64,000 nt of DNA from Candidatus Caldarchaeum subterraneum (lineage in GTDB: Archaea; Thermoproteota; Nitrososphaeria_A; Caldarchaeales; Caldarchaeaceae). A program made the translations under genes and the position numbers. Shown here one piece after another: positions 20,011 through 29,379 of this stretch. Location of the stretch: positions 13,263 to 77,262 of the forward strand of contig CALHAG010000002.1 of NCBI GenBank assembly GCA_937934305.1. The letters are read 5' to 3'. Each line of letters starts with the position of its first letter. Positions within the stretch are counted from its first letter, which is position 1. Under the pieces are notes generated by a model. That model was not told where the DNA came from and did not search any database. It saw only the letters and a list, made by a program, of their open reading frames with translations.

Positions 20011-21216
20011 ATGTCGTCAGAGTCTTGGCGTGGAGAAAAACACTGGGTCAGCCCATACAACTTCTCTCCACAGGTTGTTAGCCAATTCAACTTTCCCGAG
20101 AAGATTGAGATTTATGATGTTACGTTGAGGGATGGGGAGCAGACGCCCGGCGTTGTGCTGAAGGCTTCTGAGAAGCTGGAGATAGCGAAGGCATTGGATG
20201 AACTGGGTGTGCACAGGCTTGAGGCTGGGATGCCCGTTGTCTCCGAGGAGGACTTTAACGCAGTGAAGATGATTGCCAACGAGGGCCTTAGAGCGAGAGT
20301 CTTCGGGTTCGCCCGACTCGTGAAAGAAGACATCGACGCAGCCCTCAAAGCAGATGTCTCAGGAATAGTTACCGAGGGGCCTGTCGGGGTTCCGAAGCTG
20401 ATGCAGTTCGGGTGGCGGCCTGAAGACGTTGTGGAGAAGGCGGTGACGCATGTGCAGTATGCAAAGGACCATGGGCTGTACACTGTTTTCTTCGGTGTTG
20501 ACGGTACAAGAGCTGACATCAACTTTCTCAAACACATCTACTCGAGGGTTGTGACCGAGGCTAAGCCCGACGCTGTCGCGGTGGTTGACACATTTGGCTG
20601 CGCTTCTCCCGAGGGGTTCAGGTATCTTGTGGGGGAGATTGTGAGGACGGTGAAGGTGCCTGTCGAGGTTCACTGCCACAATGACTTCGGCATGGGGACT
20701 GCGGTGAGCATCGCCGGGTTGTCCGCGGGAGCGAGCGTGGTGCATGTATCTGTTAACGGGATTGGTGAGAGAGCTGGCAACGCGGCTCTTGAGGAAGTTG
20801 TTCTAAGCCTTGAGCTACTCTACGGCAGACGCCTCGGCCTCCGTCTCGAAAAGCTTGTCGAAGTCTCTCGGCTTGTGGAGAAGTTGACAGGTTTCAGACT
20901 CGCCGCCAACAAACCCGTCGTCGGAGAGAGAGTGTTCACGAGAGAATCCGGCATATCTGTCGCAGGCTGGGTAAAGTATCACCTCGGCTCCGAAGCCTTT
21001 CTACCAGAGCTTGTCGGAAACAGGCATGATGTCCTCGTCGGCAAAAAGAGCGGGAAACACTCTATCGAGTGGAAGCTCGAGAAACTCGGTGTAAAGGCGT
21101 CGCCCGAAGAGGTTCAGGCCCTTCTCCAGAAAGTAAAAGAGATATCCATCGCTAAGAAGAGGGCTTTGTCTGATGAGGAGCTTCTCGAATGTCTGGAGAC
21201 AGTGAGGCGGAGTTAG
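20011..21216 (+). CDS. DRE-TIM metallolyase, 2-isopropylmalate / homocitrate / citramalate synthase family
   Basis: IEIYDVTLRDGEQTPGVVL (LeuA-type TLRDGEQ, not DmpG TLRDGSH), HCHNDFGMGTA, 401 aa. Starts 1 nt after the FAH stop. Confidence 0.8.
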   Translation: MSSESWRGEKHWVSPYNFSPQVVSQFNFPEKIEIYDVTLRDGEQTPGVVLKASEKLEIAKALDELGVHRLEAGMPVVSEEDFNAVKMIANEGLRARVFGFARLVKEDIDAALKADVSGIVTEGPVGVPKLMQFGWRPEDVVEKAVTHVQYAKDHGLYTVFFGVDGTRADINFLKHIYSRVVTEAKPDAVAVVDTFGCASPEGFRYLVGEIVRTVKVPVEVHCHNDFGMGTAVSIAGLSAGASVVHVSVNGIGERAGNAALEEVVLSLELLYGRRLGLRLEKLVEVSRLVEKLTGFRLAANKPVVGERVFTRESGISVAGWVKYHLGSEAFLPELVGNRHDVLVGKKSGKHSIEWKLEKLGVKASPEEVQALLQKVKEISIAKKRALSDEELLECLETVRRS

Positions 21217-22265
21217 GGCTTTACAGGGTTTTGAGCCCTGAGGGGGAGGTCGTCGGAGAGCCTGACCCGGGCCTCTCCAACGAGACGATGCGTAAGATGA
21301 TGCATGACATGGTGGTTTTGAGAACGTTTGACCAGTGGATGCTCAAAATTCATCCTCTCGGAAAAGCATCTCGCTATGCGCCTGTCGAGGGACAGGAGGC
21401 TTCAGTTGTCGGAAGCGTTCACAGCTTGAGCGACGTTGACTGGACGTTTCCAACCTACCGTGAGCTTACCGTGGGTCTTCTCAGAGGAGCTCCTCTCACC
21501 ACGTTGATTCATAGGATGTTTGCCACGAGCCTCGACCACATGAAGGGCCATGAAATCACGTTGTACGGAGACAAACGTTACAGGATTGTCGTGGGCGCGG
21601 GAGCGGTTTCTCTGATGTGTCCAGTGGCGGTTGGCATGGCCATGGCGGCGAAAAAACGCGGCGAGAAGGAGGTGTTTCTGGTTTACTTGGGCGACGGCGC
21701 CACCTCCAAGGGCGATTTCCACGAAGCGATAAACTGGGCAGGTGTCTTCAAGCCGCCGGTTATCTTCTTTGTCCAAAACAACCAATGGGCCATCTCAACA
21801 CCCTTCAAGATACAGACAGCTGCACCCAACATAGCGGTAAAGGCCAAGGCCTATGGAGTCCCGGGTATACGGGTTGACGGGAACGATGTCCTAGCAGTCT
21901 ACACTATCTGCAAAAAGTTTGTGGAGAAGGCCCGTGAAGGCGGGGGAGCTGCTCTGATAGAGGCTGTCACATATAGGATGGGGCCTCATACAACCGCCGA
22001 CGACCCCTCGAAGTACCGCTCCGAAGAGGAGGTTGAAAAGATGAGAGCCCTTGACCCGTTGAAGCGGCTGCGGATTTACCTTACCCGCAACGGATTGTGG
22101 TCTAACGAGGAGGAGCAGAAGATTGTGGAGAACTTCAGGGAAGAGCTGCGCCGCGCCACCGAGGAAGCGGAGAAAACGCCGCCGCTCAACCCACGTGTTA
22201 TCTTTGAAGACGTTTACGCAGAGCTTCCATGGCATCTGAGAGAAGAGATGGCTGAACTGGGTTGA
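21189..22265 (+). CDS. TPP-dependent 2-oxoacid dehydrogenase E1 component alpha subunit (no beta subunit gene adjacent)
   Basis: YLGDGATSKGDFHEAINWAGVFKPPVIFFVQNNQWAISTP, 358 aa. Overlaps the upstream gene by 28 nt. Confidence 0.85.
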   Translation: MSGDSEAELGLYRVLSPEGEVVGEPDPGLSNETMRKMMHDMVVLRTFDQWMLKIHPLGKASRYAPVEGQEASVVGSVHSLSDVDWTFPTYRELTVGLLRGAPLTTLIHRMFATSLDHMKGHEITLYGDKRYRIVVGAGAVSLMCPVAVGMAMAAKKRGEKEVFLVYLGDGATSKGDFHEAINWAGVFKPPVIFFVQNNQWAISTPFKIQTAAPNIAVKAKAYGVPGIRVDGNDVLAVYTICKKFVEKAREGGGAALIEAVTYRMGPHTTADDPSKYRSEEEVEKMRALDPLKRLRIYLTRNGLWSNEEEQKIVENFREELRRATEEAEKTPPLNPRVIFEDVYAELPWHLREEMAELG

Positions 22266-23122
22266 AGCTAAAACCTTGGACAATAACCCTAGCCGACACC
22301 GAAAACCTTCACCCACATGAGCAATCCATTCCACAAGCAGTGGCCCGCATAGCCGAGGACATCGCTCAAAAAGAACGCTTCATAGACCCTGTGATAGTGG
22401 ACGCGGAGACAGGGCTGGTCGTTGACGGCACACATAGGGTTGAGGCGGCTATAAGGCTTGGCCTTGGAAAAATCCCTGTCTACACAGTCGACTACATGTC
22501 GCCACGGGTTGTCCTCGCCGGATGGGGACGGGCTGCATCAAAAAACATATCCAAAGATGAGCTTCGAGGATTATTTGGTCGACTAGGCTTCACGGAGTCC
22601 ATGGCAAGCTATGATGCACGTTTCATTTGGAGCGATGGCCATGTGCTACAGGTTAAGCATAGTGGAGAACTGTCGACCAAGCAGGTTTACGAAAAACTCT
22701 CCATCATAGACCAAAGCCTACAGCACCTCGGCATAGCTTATGTCAGGGACAGCGACGTTGAAGAGCTTGTCAAACAAGGTAAACATGTCTTCGGATACTT
22801 GCTGAGGCCCTTGAAGAAAGAGGAAGTCGTCTCAATCGTTAAACAGGGTTACAGGCTTCCCCCCAAGTCTACCCGCCACCTCATCGACCGAAGACCAATG
22901 TACATAAACTGTCCTCTCGAAATTCTCCGCAGCAGCGACGCCGTGGAAAAATTTACTGAATTTCTCTCAGAGGGGGTTTGGGTGGAGCTGGGCCCCGGCG
23001 CTGAGCTGGACAGGAGATATGATGAAAAAGTTATGGTTTTTTACAGGGAGGATTTGGCTGCTTTTTATCCCGAGAAGCTGCTCAAGCTTGTCAAGAGCTC
23101 GTTGAAGCAAACGCTTCGATGA
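22262..23122 (+). CDS. ParB/sulfiredoxin-like domain protein (possible ADP-dependent serine kinase SerK-type)
   Basis: DPVIVDAETGLVVDGTHRVEAAIRLG resembles the ParB-N DGhHR motif. TTG start overlapping the E1-alpha stop (gggTTGAag). Function not recognised. Confidence 0.4.
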   Translation: MKLKPWTITLADTENLHPHEQSIPQAVARIAEDIAQKERFIDPVIVDAETGLVVDGTHRVEAAIRLGLGKIPVYTVDYMSPRVVLAGWGRAASKNISKDELRGLFGRLGFTESMASYDARFIWSDGHVLQVKHSGELSTKQVYEKLSIIDQSLQHLGIAYVRDSDVEELVKQGKHVFGYLLRPLKKEEVVSIVKQGYRLPPKSTRHLIDRRPMYINCPLEILRSSDAVEKFTEFLSEGVWVELGPGAELDRRYDEKVMVFYREDLAAFYPEKLLKLVKSSLKQTLR

Positions 23123-24038
23123 CCTTTTTCGCCAGCATCGTCGCAGCGGCTTCCTGAGCCTCCAGAGTTTGCGCCCCTATGTGAGGAGTTAGCACGACGT
23201 TGTCGAGCTCGAGAAGTTTGCTTCCCGTGGGCGGTTCTTTCTCGAAAACATCGAGTCCCGCGCCAGCTATTCTACCGTTTTTTAGAGCGGTGTAGAGAGC
23301 CTCTTCATCTATGACCTCTCCCCGCGAGGCGTTTATGATTATCGCCCCCGGCTTCATCATCTCCAGTTTACTGGCGTTGATTAAGTGTCTTGTCTCGGGT
23401 GTGAGAGGGACGTGCAGTGTTATGATGTCTGCTGTCCGCAGCACTTCCTCGAGGCTGGTGAGCTTGGCCCCTGCTTTTGCAAGAACCTCCTCGGGTATCG
23501 GTATGACATCGTAGGCTACAATCTTCATTCCCATGGCGTATGCTATCTCAGCCACTCGCCGCCCAATCCGTCCATAGCCCACCACGCCAAGAGTCTTCCC
23601 AGCCAGCTCGACACCCATGGCCTCAGACTTCGGCCACCTACCCCCGCGAACCTGTCTATCACACCAAGCAATTTTACGGGCCACGGCTATCATCAACCCG
23701 ATGACAAGCTCCGCCACGCTCTCGGTCGAGGACTCGGGCGTGTTCAGCACCTTGACACCATGCCGCGCCGCAGCCTCGAGGTCGACGTTGTCAAGCCCCA
23801 CTCCAGCCCGGCCAACAACCTTCAACACAGGCACACCGCGTTCAATAACCTTGGCCGTCACCTTTGTCCTACCCCGGACAAGCAACACATCATAGCCGCC
23901 TATCACAGATTCAAGCTCCTCCGCCGAAATCCCAGGACGCAAATCCACCCTAAAACCCGCTTTCTCCAGCAAATCAACCGCCGACCTGTCAATCGCGTCG
24001 GCCACCAAAACCTTCCTGTTCACAATAACCCCATCCAC
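23091..24038 (-). CDS. D-isomer-specific 2-hydroxyacid dehydrogenase (SerA-like D-3-phosphoglycerate dehydrogenase)
   Basis: 315 aa, GKTLGVVGYGRIGRRVA NAD motif, ...HIGAQT. Confidence 0.85.
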   Translation of the reverse strand: MDGVIVNRKVLVADAIDRSAVDLLEKAGFRVDLRPGISAEELESVIGGYDVLLVRGRTKVTAKVIERGVPVLKVVGRAGVGLDNVDLEAAARHGVKVLNTPESSTESVAELVIGLMIAVARKIAWCDRQVRGGRWPKSEAMGVELAGKTLGVVGYGRIGRRVAEIAYAMGMKIVAYDVIPIPEEVLAKAGAKLTSLEEVLRTADIITLHVPLTPETRHLINASKLEMMKPGAIIINASRGEVIDEEALYTALKNGRIAGAGLDVFEKEPPTGSKLLELDNVVLTPHIGAQTLEAQEAAATMLAKKVIEAFASTSS

Positions 24039-24122
24039 TTCAACATATTTAAGAGCATACCGGGACAGGGTCTTGTTTAGCCTGCTAACTTATATGTAGG
24101 CTGCTTATGCTGTTACGTGGAT

Positions 24123-24407
24123 ATGCCGTTCAAGCGTAAGAGCCGTGGAAGGTCGAAAGGCGCTAAGGGGAAAGAGCCTACTGTTCAGTGTGACAACTGC
24201 GGAGCATATGTGCCGAGGAGCAAGGTGCAGCGTGTGACGCGGCGTGTTTCTCTTGTCCGGGGGGACCTGGCCCGTGAGCTAAAACAGGCAGGAGCTTATC
24301 TAGCCGAAAACATCGTCGTCAAAAACCTCTGCATCAGCTGCGCCATCCACTACGGTGTTCTCAAGGTAAGGGCCCGCGAGGAGAGAAAACCTGAGCAATT
24401 CCTCTGA
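24123..24407 (+). CDS. rps26e: 30S ribosomal protein S26e
   Basis: MPFKRKSRGRSKG...VQCDNCGAYVPRSK...CISCAIH zinc-binding pattern of eS26. TATA-like ttatat about 30 nt upstream. Confidence 0.85.
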   Translation: MPFKRKSRGRSKGAKGKEPTVQCDNCGAYVPRSKVQRVTRRVSLVRGDLARELKQAGAYLAENIVVKNLCISCAIHYGVLKVRAREERKPEQFL

Positions 24408-24463
24408 GATAAGGGATATGGTTTATTAGATGCCGGGTCAACCGGCGTTATAGGTGAGGTTTT

Positions 24464-25432
24464 TTGACCACTGCACAGGAGAGGGCAAGGCTATCTCTCG
24501 TCAAGCTCCGTCTCGCCATGGTTGGTACGTGGGCGTTGATAACGGGAGTGGCCTCGCTTCTCTTCGTGGCTGTGTTGACGTTTCTCCGCATACCGCTTCT
24601 CAACTTCTACACCATCATAGGGTTTGTCGTCGCCTTCCATGTTTTCCAGTGGCTCATAGGGCCCTACATAATCGGAGCGGTTTACAGGACCCGGCCGGCG
24701 GCGGAGGCTGGGCTTGGCTGGGTTGAGGAGGCTGTCAACCGCTTAAGCATAGCCGCGGGGATGGAGAAGCCGCCGAAAACCTATGTCGCTGAAATAGACA
24801 TCCCCAACGCATTCGCATACGGCAGCCCCCTCACAGGACCCATGGTAGCCGTCACCCGACGACTCGTCGAAAGCCTTCCACGGGAAGAGGTTGAGGCTGT
24901 CATCGGCCACGAGCTGGGCCACATCAAACACCGCGACGTAGCCTTCATGATGGCGATAAGCATCATACCAGCCATCATCTACTACCTCGGCTACACCCTG
25001 TTTGTTTCAGGGGCCTACGGCGGCCGCCGAGAAGGAGGAGCCTATACATTCCTCATCGGAATCGTCTTGATGGTTTTCAGCTTCATCTTCAACATATTCG
25101 TCTTCTACATGAGCAGGCTCCGCGAATACTACGCCGACTACTTCGCCGCAAAAACCGTGTCCAACGGCGCCCGAAACCTTCAACGTGCACTCGTCAGAAT
25201 CATGATGCTTGCGGGTAGGATGAGAAGGGAAGAGGTGGCCCACGTGGAGCAGTTCAAGGCATTCTTCATAGCTGACCCCGACGTCAAGCTACAGGCTTTC
25301 GGCGACATAGATAGAGTCGTAGAAGAAGTGAAGAACCGTAAACCCAGCACCTTGGCAGAGCTCTTCAGCACACACCCCGACCCGGCCAAACGGCTAAGAG
25401 CACTCGACAACTACGTCTTCAGTATGCCCTAG
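24464..25432 (+). CDS. htpX: M48 family zinc metalloprotease HtpX homolog
   Basis: Two N-terminal TMs and HELGHIKHRD (HExxH). Confidence 0.85.
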   Translation: MTTAQERARLSLVKLRLAMVGTWALITGVASLLFVAVLTFLRIPLLNFYTIIGFVVAFHVFQWLIGPYIIGAVYRTRPAAEAGLGWVEEAVNRLSIAAGMEKPPKTYVAEIDIPNAFAYGSPLTGPMVAVTRRLVESLPREEVEAVIGHELGHIKHRDVAFMMAISIIPAIIYYLGYTLFVSGAYGGRREGGAYTFLIGIVLMVFSFIFNIFVFYMSRLREYYADYFAAKTVSNGARNLQRALVRIMMLAGRMRREEVAHVEQFKAFFIADPDVKLQAFGDIDRVVEEVKNRKPSTLAELFSTHPDPAKRLRALDNYVFSMP

Positions 25433-26876
25433 CGAAGTAAACCACTTCAGCCGCGTTTTTTCCGCATACTATGCAGGGGCCGCTGGGCACCTCGAGCTCG
25501 TCAAACCTGCTTCCCCTCAACTCTCCCCCCGCCGCTGCTTTCAGCTGCTCAGCACACTCCACCGAGCCGCACCAGTCAAACTTGGCTATTCTTCTCTCGG
25601 AAATAACTTTCTTCACCTCATCTATGGATGATATCTCCACAACCATCTGACGCATGATGCGCCAGCTCCGCTCCGCGAGGCTCTGCCCAATACTTGTCAA
25701 CACTGTTTCCACAGCCTTCTCAATCTCCTCGACGGCGACAACCTGTTTCTCCAACGTATCCCGCCTAAACAAAGTAGCCCTGTTCTCAGCCACCTCACGA
25801 GGCCCAATCTCAAGCCTCACAGGCACACCCAATTTCTCCCAGTAGTAAAACTTCTCACCCGGAGTCACATCCTCTCTGTCATCAACCTTCACAGCAAACT
25901 TCTGAAGCCTCTCAGCGACACCGTAGCAGAATTGTTTAATGGACTCTTCCTGACCCTTGAAGACTATGGGGACAATCACTACGTGAAGAGGGGCCACAAC
26001 AGGAGGAAGCACAAGACCTCTGTCATCTCCGTGCTGGCTTATCAACGCAGCCAAAACCCTGCTGTAGCCAAACCCATAGCAGAGCTGATGAGGATTCTCA
26101 CGCTTACCGTCCCGTGTCTCAAACTCTATCTCAAACACTTTCGAGAAATTTTTCCCAAGGTTGTGGACGGTTGCGACCTGGTTAACTCTGCCATCCGGAT
26201 TCCATGCATCAAAAGCTATCGAGTATCTTGCGCCAGGGAACTTGTCGAAATCAGGTCTCTTCAACACCAGGTAAGCGAGCCCAAGCTGGTCCAACACCTT
26301 GCGATAAATTTCCACAGCTTTCTTAACCTGTTGCTCGGCCTCCGCAGCCGTAGCGTGAACAGTATGCGCCTCATTCCACGGAATCTCCCGCACACGTAGG
26401 AGAGGCCTCGTCGCCTTGGTCTCATGCCTATAAACCATGTTGCTCTGATGGACGAGGAGAGGAAGGTCTGCGTGACTCCTTATCCAGAGCTTGAACATTG
26501 GATACATGATGGTCTCGCTCGTCGGCCGAACAATCAGCTTAACGTCAAGAGGTTTACCTCCGGCAGACTCTATCACAAACACCTCTGTGCTGAAGCCTTT
26601 GATGTGCTGAGCCTCCTTGCCGAGAAGCTCCTCCGTGGTCACCAGCGGGAAAATCATCTCCTTATGACCCGTTTCCCGAAGCTCCTTCTCCAGCATCTCA
26701 CGCACACGTCTCAGAATATATGCCCCGTTCTCCAGATAGACAGAGAAACCCTTAACAGGAAAACGGTCATCCAAAATCCGCGCCTCGAGCAAAAGCTTGT
26801 CAAACCACTCGCTGAAATTACGGTATTTATTGAGCGCCGTAGCAGTCGACATCAAGCCATAGAAAATCCCAATCAT
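25419..26876 (-). CDS. proS: proline--tRNA ligase, archaeal/eukaryotic type
   Basis: 485 aa, class II motifs, RPTSETIMYPMF, C-terminal zinc-binding CIVCGKNA... Confidence 0.9.
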   Translation of the reverse strand: MIGIFYGLMSTATALNKYRNFSEWFDKLLLEARILDDRFPVKGFSVYLENGAYILRRVREMLEKELRETGHKEMIFPLVTTEELLGKEAQHIKGFSTEVFVIESAGGKPLDVKLIVRPTSETIMYPMFKLWIRSHADLPLLVHQSNMVYRHETKATRPLLRVREIPWNEAHTVHATAAEAEQQVKKAVEIYRKVLDQLGLAYLVLKRPDFDKFPGARYSIAFDAWNPDGRVNQVATVHNLGKNFSKVFEIEFETRDGKRENPHQLCYGFGYSRVLAALISQHGDDRGLVLPPVVAPLHVVIVPIVFKGQEESIKQFCYGVAERLQKFAVKVDDREDVTPGEKFYYWEKLGVPVRLEIGPREVAENRATLFRRDTLEKQVVAVEEIEKAVETVLTSIGQSLAERSWRIMRQMVVEISSIDEVKKVISERRIAKFDWCGSVECAEQLKAAAGGELRGSRFDELEVPSGPCIVCGKNAAEVVYFARAY

Positions 26877-27171
26877 ATATAACTGTATCCAGTTTGCCCA
26901 ATCACCTACTCACGAGGAAGGGCCCTAGGATGTTGGCTTGTAAGCCCCGTAAAGTGATTGCATTCTCGCTATAAGCTCTTCGTTGTAGGGGAGGAAAACA
27001 TGACAGTAGTATGGGTATTGGTGGACTCCTAATAGCATGTTCAGAGCGATGCCTAGAATGAAGCAAAATCCACATAGCATCAGAATCATCATGATGGAGG
27101 CACAGACATATTTGTATTGGGGTTGGACATTGTTTAAATTTGTTTTTATGGTGTATTGTTCTATGTGATGG

Positions 27172-27477
27172 TTGTTGAATTTAATACTTTCTAGACATGC
27201 GAGAGAGAAGATTGAGCTTAGAGGCTTGAAGATGGAACTTATCAATCAGGTGTTAAATAGCCCTGAGCAGATTTATTTCGATGTCGTTACAAGGCTTTAC
27301 GTAGCTATCAGAAATGTAGATTTTCACGATGAGAAGATTCCTATGGTGGTTGTTTACAGACCCGAGAATGACAGTTATTATATCGCTACAGCGTATCCCT
27401 GTAAAGAATTCAAAGAGGAGGTTGATAGAAAGGTTAAAAAAGGAAGATGGATAAAGGTAGGTGTAAGAGAGGAATGA
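27172..27477 (+). CDS. DUF4258 domain protein (putative toxin of DUF4258/DUF2283 pair)
   Basis: 101 aa, ILSRHAREKIELRGL... Low-GC context. Confidence 0.55.
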   Translation: MLNLILSRHAREKIELRGLKMELINQVLNSPEQIYFDVVTRLYVAIRNVDFHDEKIPMVVVYRPENDSYYIATAYPCKEFKEEVDRKVKKGRWIKVGVREE

Positions 27478-27692
27478 AGGTAACCTACGACCCGGAAGCA
27501 GATATTATTTACATGGTTTTGAGAGACGGGGAAATCTACGATAGCAGAGAGGAGAATGAGGACGTTAGACTGGAATATGATAAAGAAGGGCATCTAATAG
27601 GAATAGAGATAATGAACGCAAGAACAAACCTCATAGCAGCCATTGCAGAGGAAATATCAAGAGAGATAAACAACGCTCTACAGACAAGGTAA
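27474..27692 (+). CDS. DUF2283 domain protein (putative antitoxin)
   Basis: MKVTYDPEADIIYMVLRDGEIYDSRE, classic DUF2283 N-terminus. ATGA overlap with the upstream gene. Confidence 0.6.
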   Translation: MKVTYDPEADIIYMVLRDGEIYDSREENEDVRLEYDKEGHLIGIEIMNARTNLIAAIAEEISREINNALQTR

Positions 27693-28000
27693 AATGATTT
27701 TTACCGCGATGCATTGTCGCTCGTCGCACCCATCTCTTCGGCTCTTTTCGCCGTCGATATTCCAGCGGCGAGCCCATAATAACGCTGTGAGGCTTCCTAC
27801 CGGGCCTGCTTTATTCATGTGGAGAACCTATTGAAGATAGGTTTTTAGAGAGGTGTTTATGATAGGCTTTCGGTGCATCGCTTCTGTCGGTAAGCTTCGG
27901 TGGAAAGTTTCTCCCAACCAAGCTTGAGCTGATAAGGGCGAGGCGTAGTCTTCAGGTTGCAAAGAGCATTTACCGTATTCTGGAGGATAAGCGGGATGTC

Positions 28001-28546
28001 TTGGTGAGGCGGCTGAATGACTTGGTTGAGGTGGCGGAGACGGAGCGTGAGAAGATGGAGCAGCCTCTTCGACGGGCCTACATGTCTCTCTTCAAAGCCT
28101 ATGCGGAGATGGGTTCTGTCAAGGTGGAGGCAATCGCCGCCACTACGCCGCCATCCATAGAGGTTAAGGTGAGCGAGAAAACCATCCTCGGCATAAGGAT
28201 ACCGACCCTCGAGATAGCGAGCACGAAAATCCCCCTCAACTACGGCCTGCTCGACACCGCCTCATCATTCGACGAAGCAGTCAGAAACTTCAGAGAAATC
28301 ATAGCCACCCTCTGCAAAGTGGCCGAGATAGAGAACACCATATTCCGCCTCGCCGAGGAGCTGAAGAAGACACAGCGCCTACTAAACGCCCTCGAACACC
28401 TCATTATCCCAAGATACCAGGAAGCGATAAAATTCATCAGCGCAAGCCTCGAAGAACGTGAGAGAGAAGACTTTGTCAAGCTCAAGCATGTGAAACGTAT
28501 CCTCGAGAGAAGAAAAGAGGTGGAGACAGTTGGAGGAACAGGTTAG
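28001..28546 (+). CDS. atpD: V-type ATP synthase subunit D; both ends look frame-disrupted
   Basis: Tracked ORF (TTG start) lacks the conserved N-terminus. That N-terminus is encoded in-frame upstream (27902.. ...FLPTKLELIRARRSLQVAKSIYRILEDKRDVLVRR) with no start codon. The C-terminus ends early while a -1 frame continues as LEEQVRKEFEQLRQEIRKKKQEMAEALRKKAEEASA (to 28640). Confidence 0.75.
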   Translation: MVRRLNDLVEVAETEREKMEQPLRRAYMSLFKAYAEMGSVKVEAIAATTPPSIEVKVSEKTILGIRIPTLEIASTKIPLNYGLLDTASSFDEAVRNFREIIATLCKVAEIENTIFRLAEELKKTQRLLNALEHLIIPRYQEAIKFISASLEEREREDFVKLKHVKRILERRKEVETVGGTG

Positions 28547-28645
28547 GAAAGAGTTTGAGCAACTGAGGCAAGAGATTAGGAAGAAGAAGCAGGAGATGGC
28601 TGAGGCTCTGCGGAAAAAAGCAGAAGAAGCCTCTGCATAAGATTC

Positions 28646-29332
28646 TTGGTTAAAGACACGGAGTTAAATAACGAGCCAAATAAACCATTCCTAGAGTTGG
28701 ACATCCGTGGAGCAGCCGCGGCCACGATTATCGCAGCCTTCGCCTACATATCCCTTTTCCACTACCCGTTGGTGAGAGGCCTCGAGCTCACCAACCTGCT
28801 CTTCTACATGGATGTCTGGCCCACCTTCATCGCAGCGGTCGGCTACTCAACAGCCTATCTCATATCTAAGCGTCTGTACACCAACTTCGGCAAACCATGG
28901 AGCCGCTACATCGGCTTCAGCGCAGCAGCGGCCCTCATTTTCTACTGGCATCTACCCGCCAACTCATTCTTCGGATACGGAGTATGCCCAGCCGACCTCA
29001 ACAACCCAGCCCTCTACCAGCTCAAAAGAATATCCTACTTCATCGTAGGTGTTCTCATCTACTTCGCCGCAAAAGACTTCAACAAGCCCTGGCGCGAAGC
29101 ACTCGCCATCGCCTTCGGCAAAGTAATGGGATGGTACGGCTTCTACCTCACACTTGTAACAGAGCCACTATATGTAGCCCCGCCTGTCATATTCAGCCTC
29201 CAGCTCCACCACGAAGCAGGAGCGGCCATGATACTCTCGATGATAGCACTCGACTTCCTCGCCGCAGCATCACTCATAAACCACCTCTTCAAAGACAAAA
29301 AAGCAACACCCTACCCACTAACAACCAGCTAA
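28646..29332 (+). CDS. hypothetical polytopic membrane protein
   Basis: 228 aa, 5-6 predicted TM helices. No family recognised. TTG start uncertain. Confidence 0.45.
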   Translation: MVKDTELNNEPNKPFLELDIRGAAAATIIAAFAYISLFHYPLVRGLELTNLLFYMDVWPTFIAAVGYSTAYLISKRLYTNFGKPWSRYIGFSAAAALIFYWHLPANSFFGYGVCPADLNNPALYQLKRISYFIVGVLIYFAAKDFNKPWREALAIAFGKVMGWYGFYLTLVTEPLYVAPPVIFSLQLHHEAGAAMILSMIALDFLAAASLINHLFKDKKATPYPLTTS

Positions 29333-29353
29333 CAAAAAAGCAAATACACCGCA

Positions 29354-29370
29354 TATCCATCACAGATGGA
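29354..29370. promoter_or_regulatory. perfect 7-3-7 palindrome ATCCATC-ACA-GATGGAT immediately upstream of the aspartic protease gene
   Basis: Read directly at 29354-29370. Confidence 0.4.
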
Positions 29371-29379
29371 TAGATATAT

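Noticed and set aside
23091-23122. 32-nt convergent overlap between the ParB-like and SerA-like genes, considered as evidence of a mis-called gene
   Set aside because: Both reading frames carry independent family motifs. Short convergent overlaps are common in this window.
27693-27865. Conserved-looking 170-bp spacer upstream of atpD, considered as a ncRNA or atpB remnant
   Set aside because: Translations in all six frames and structural inspection gave nothing recognisable.
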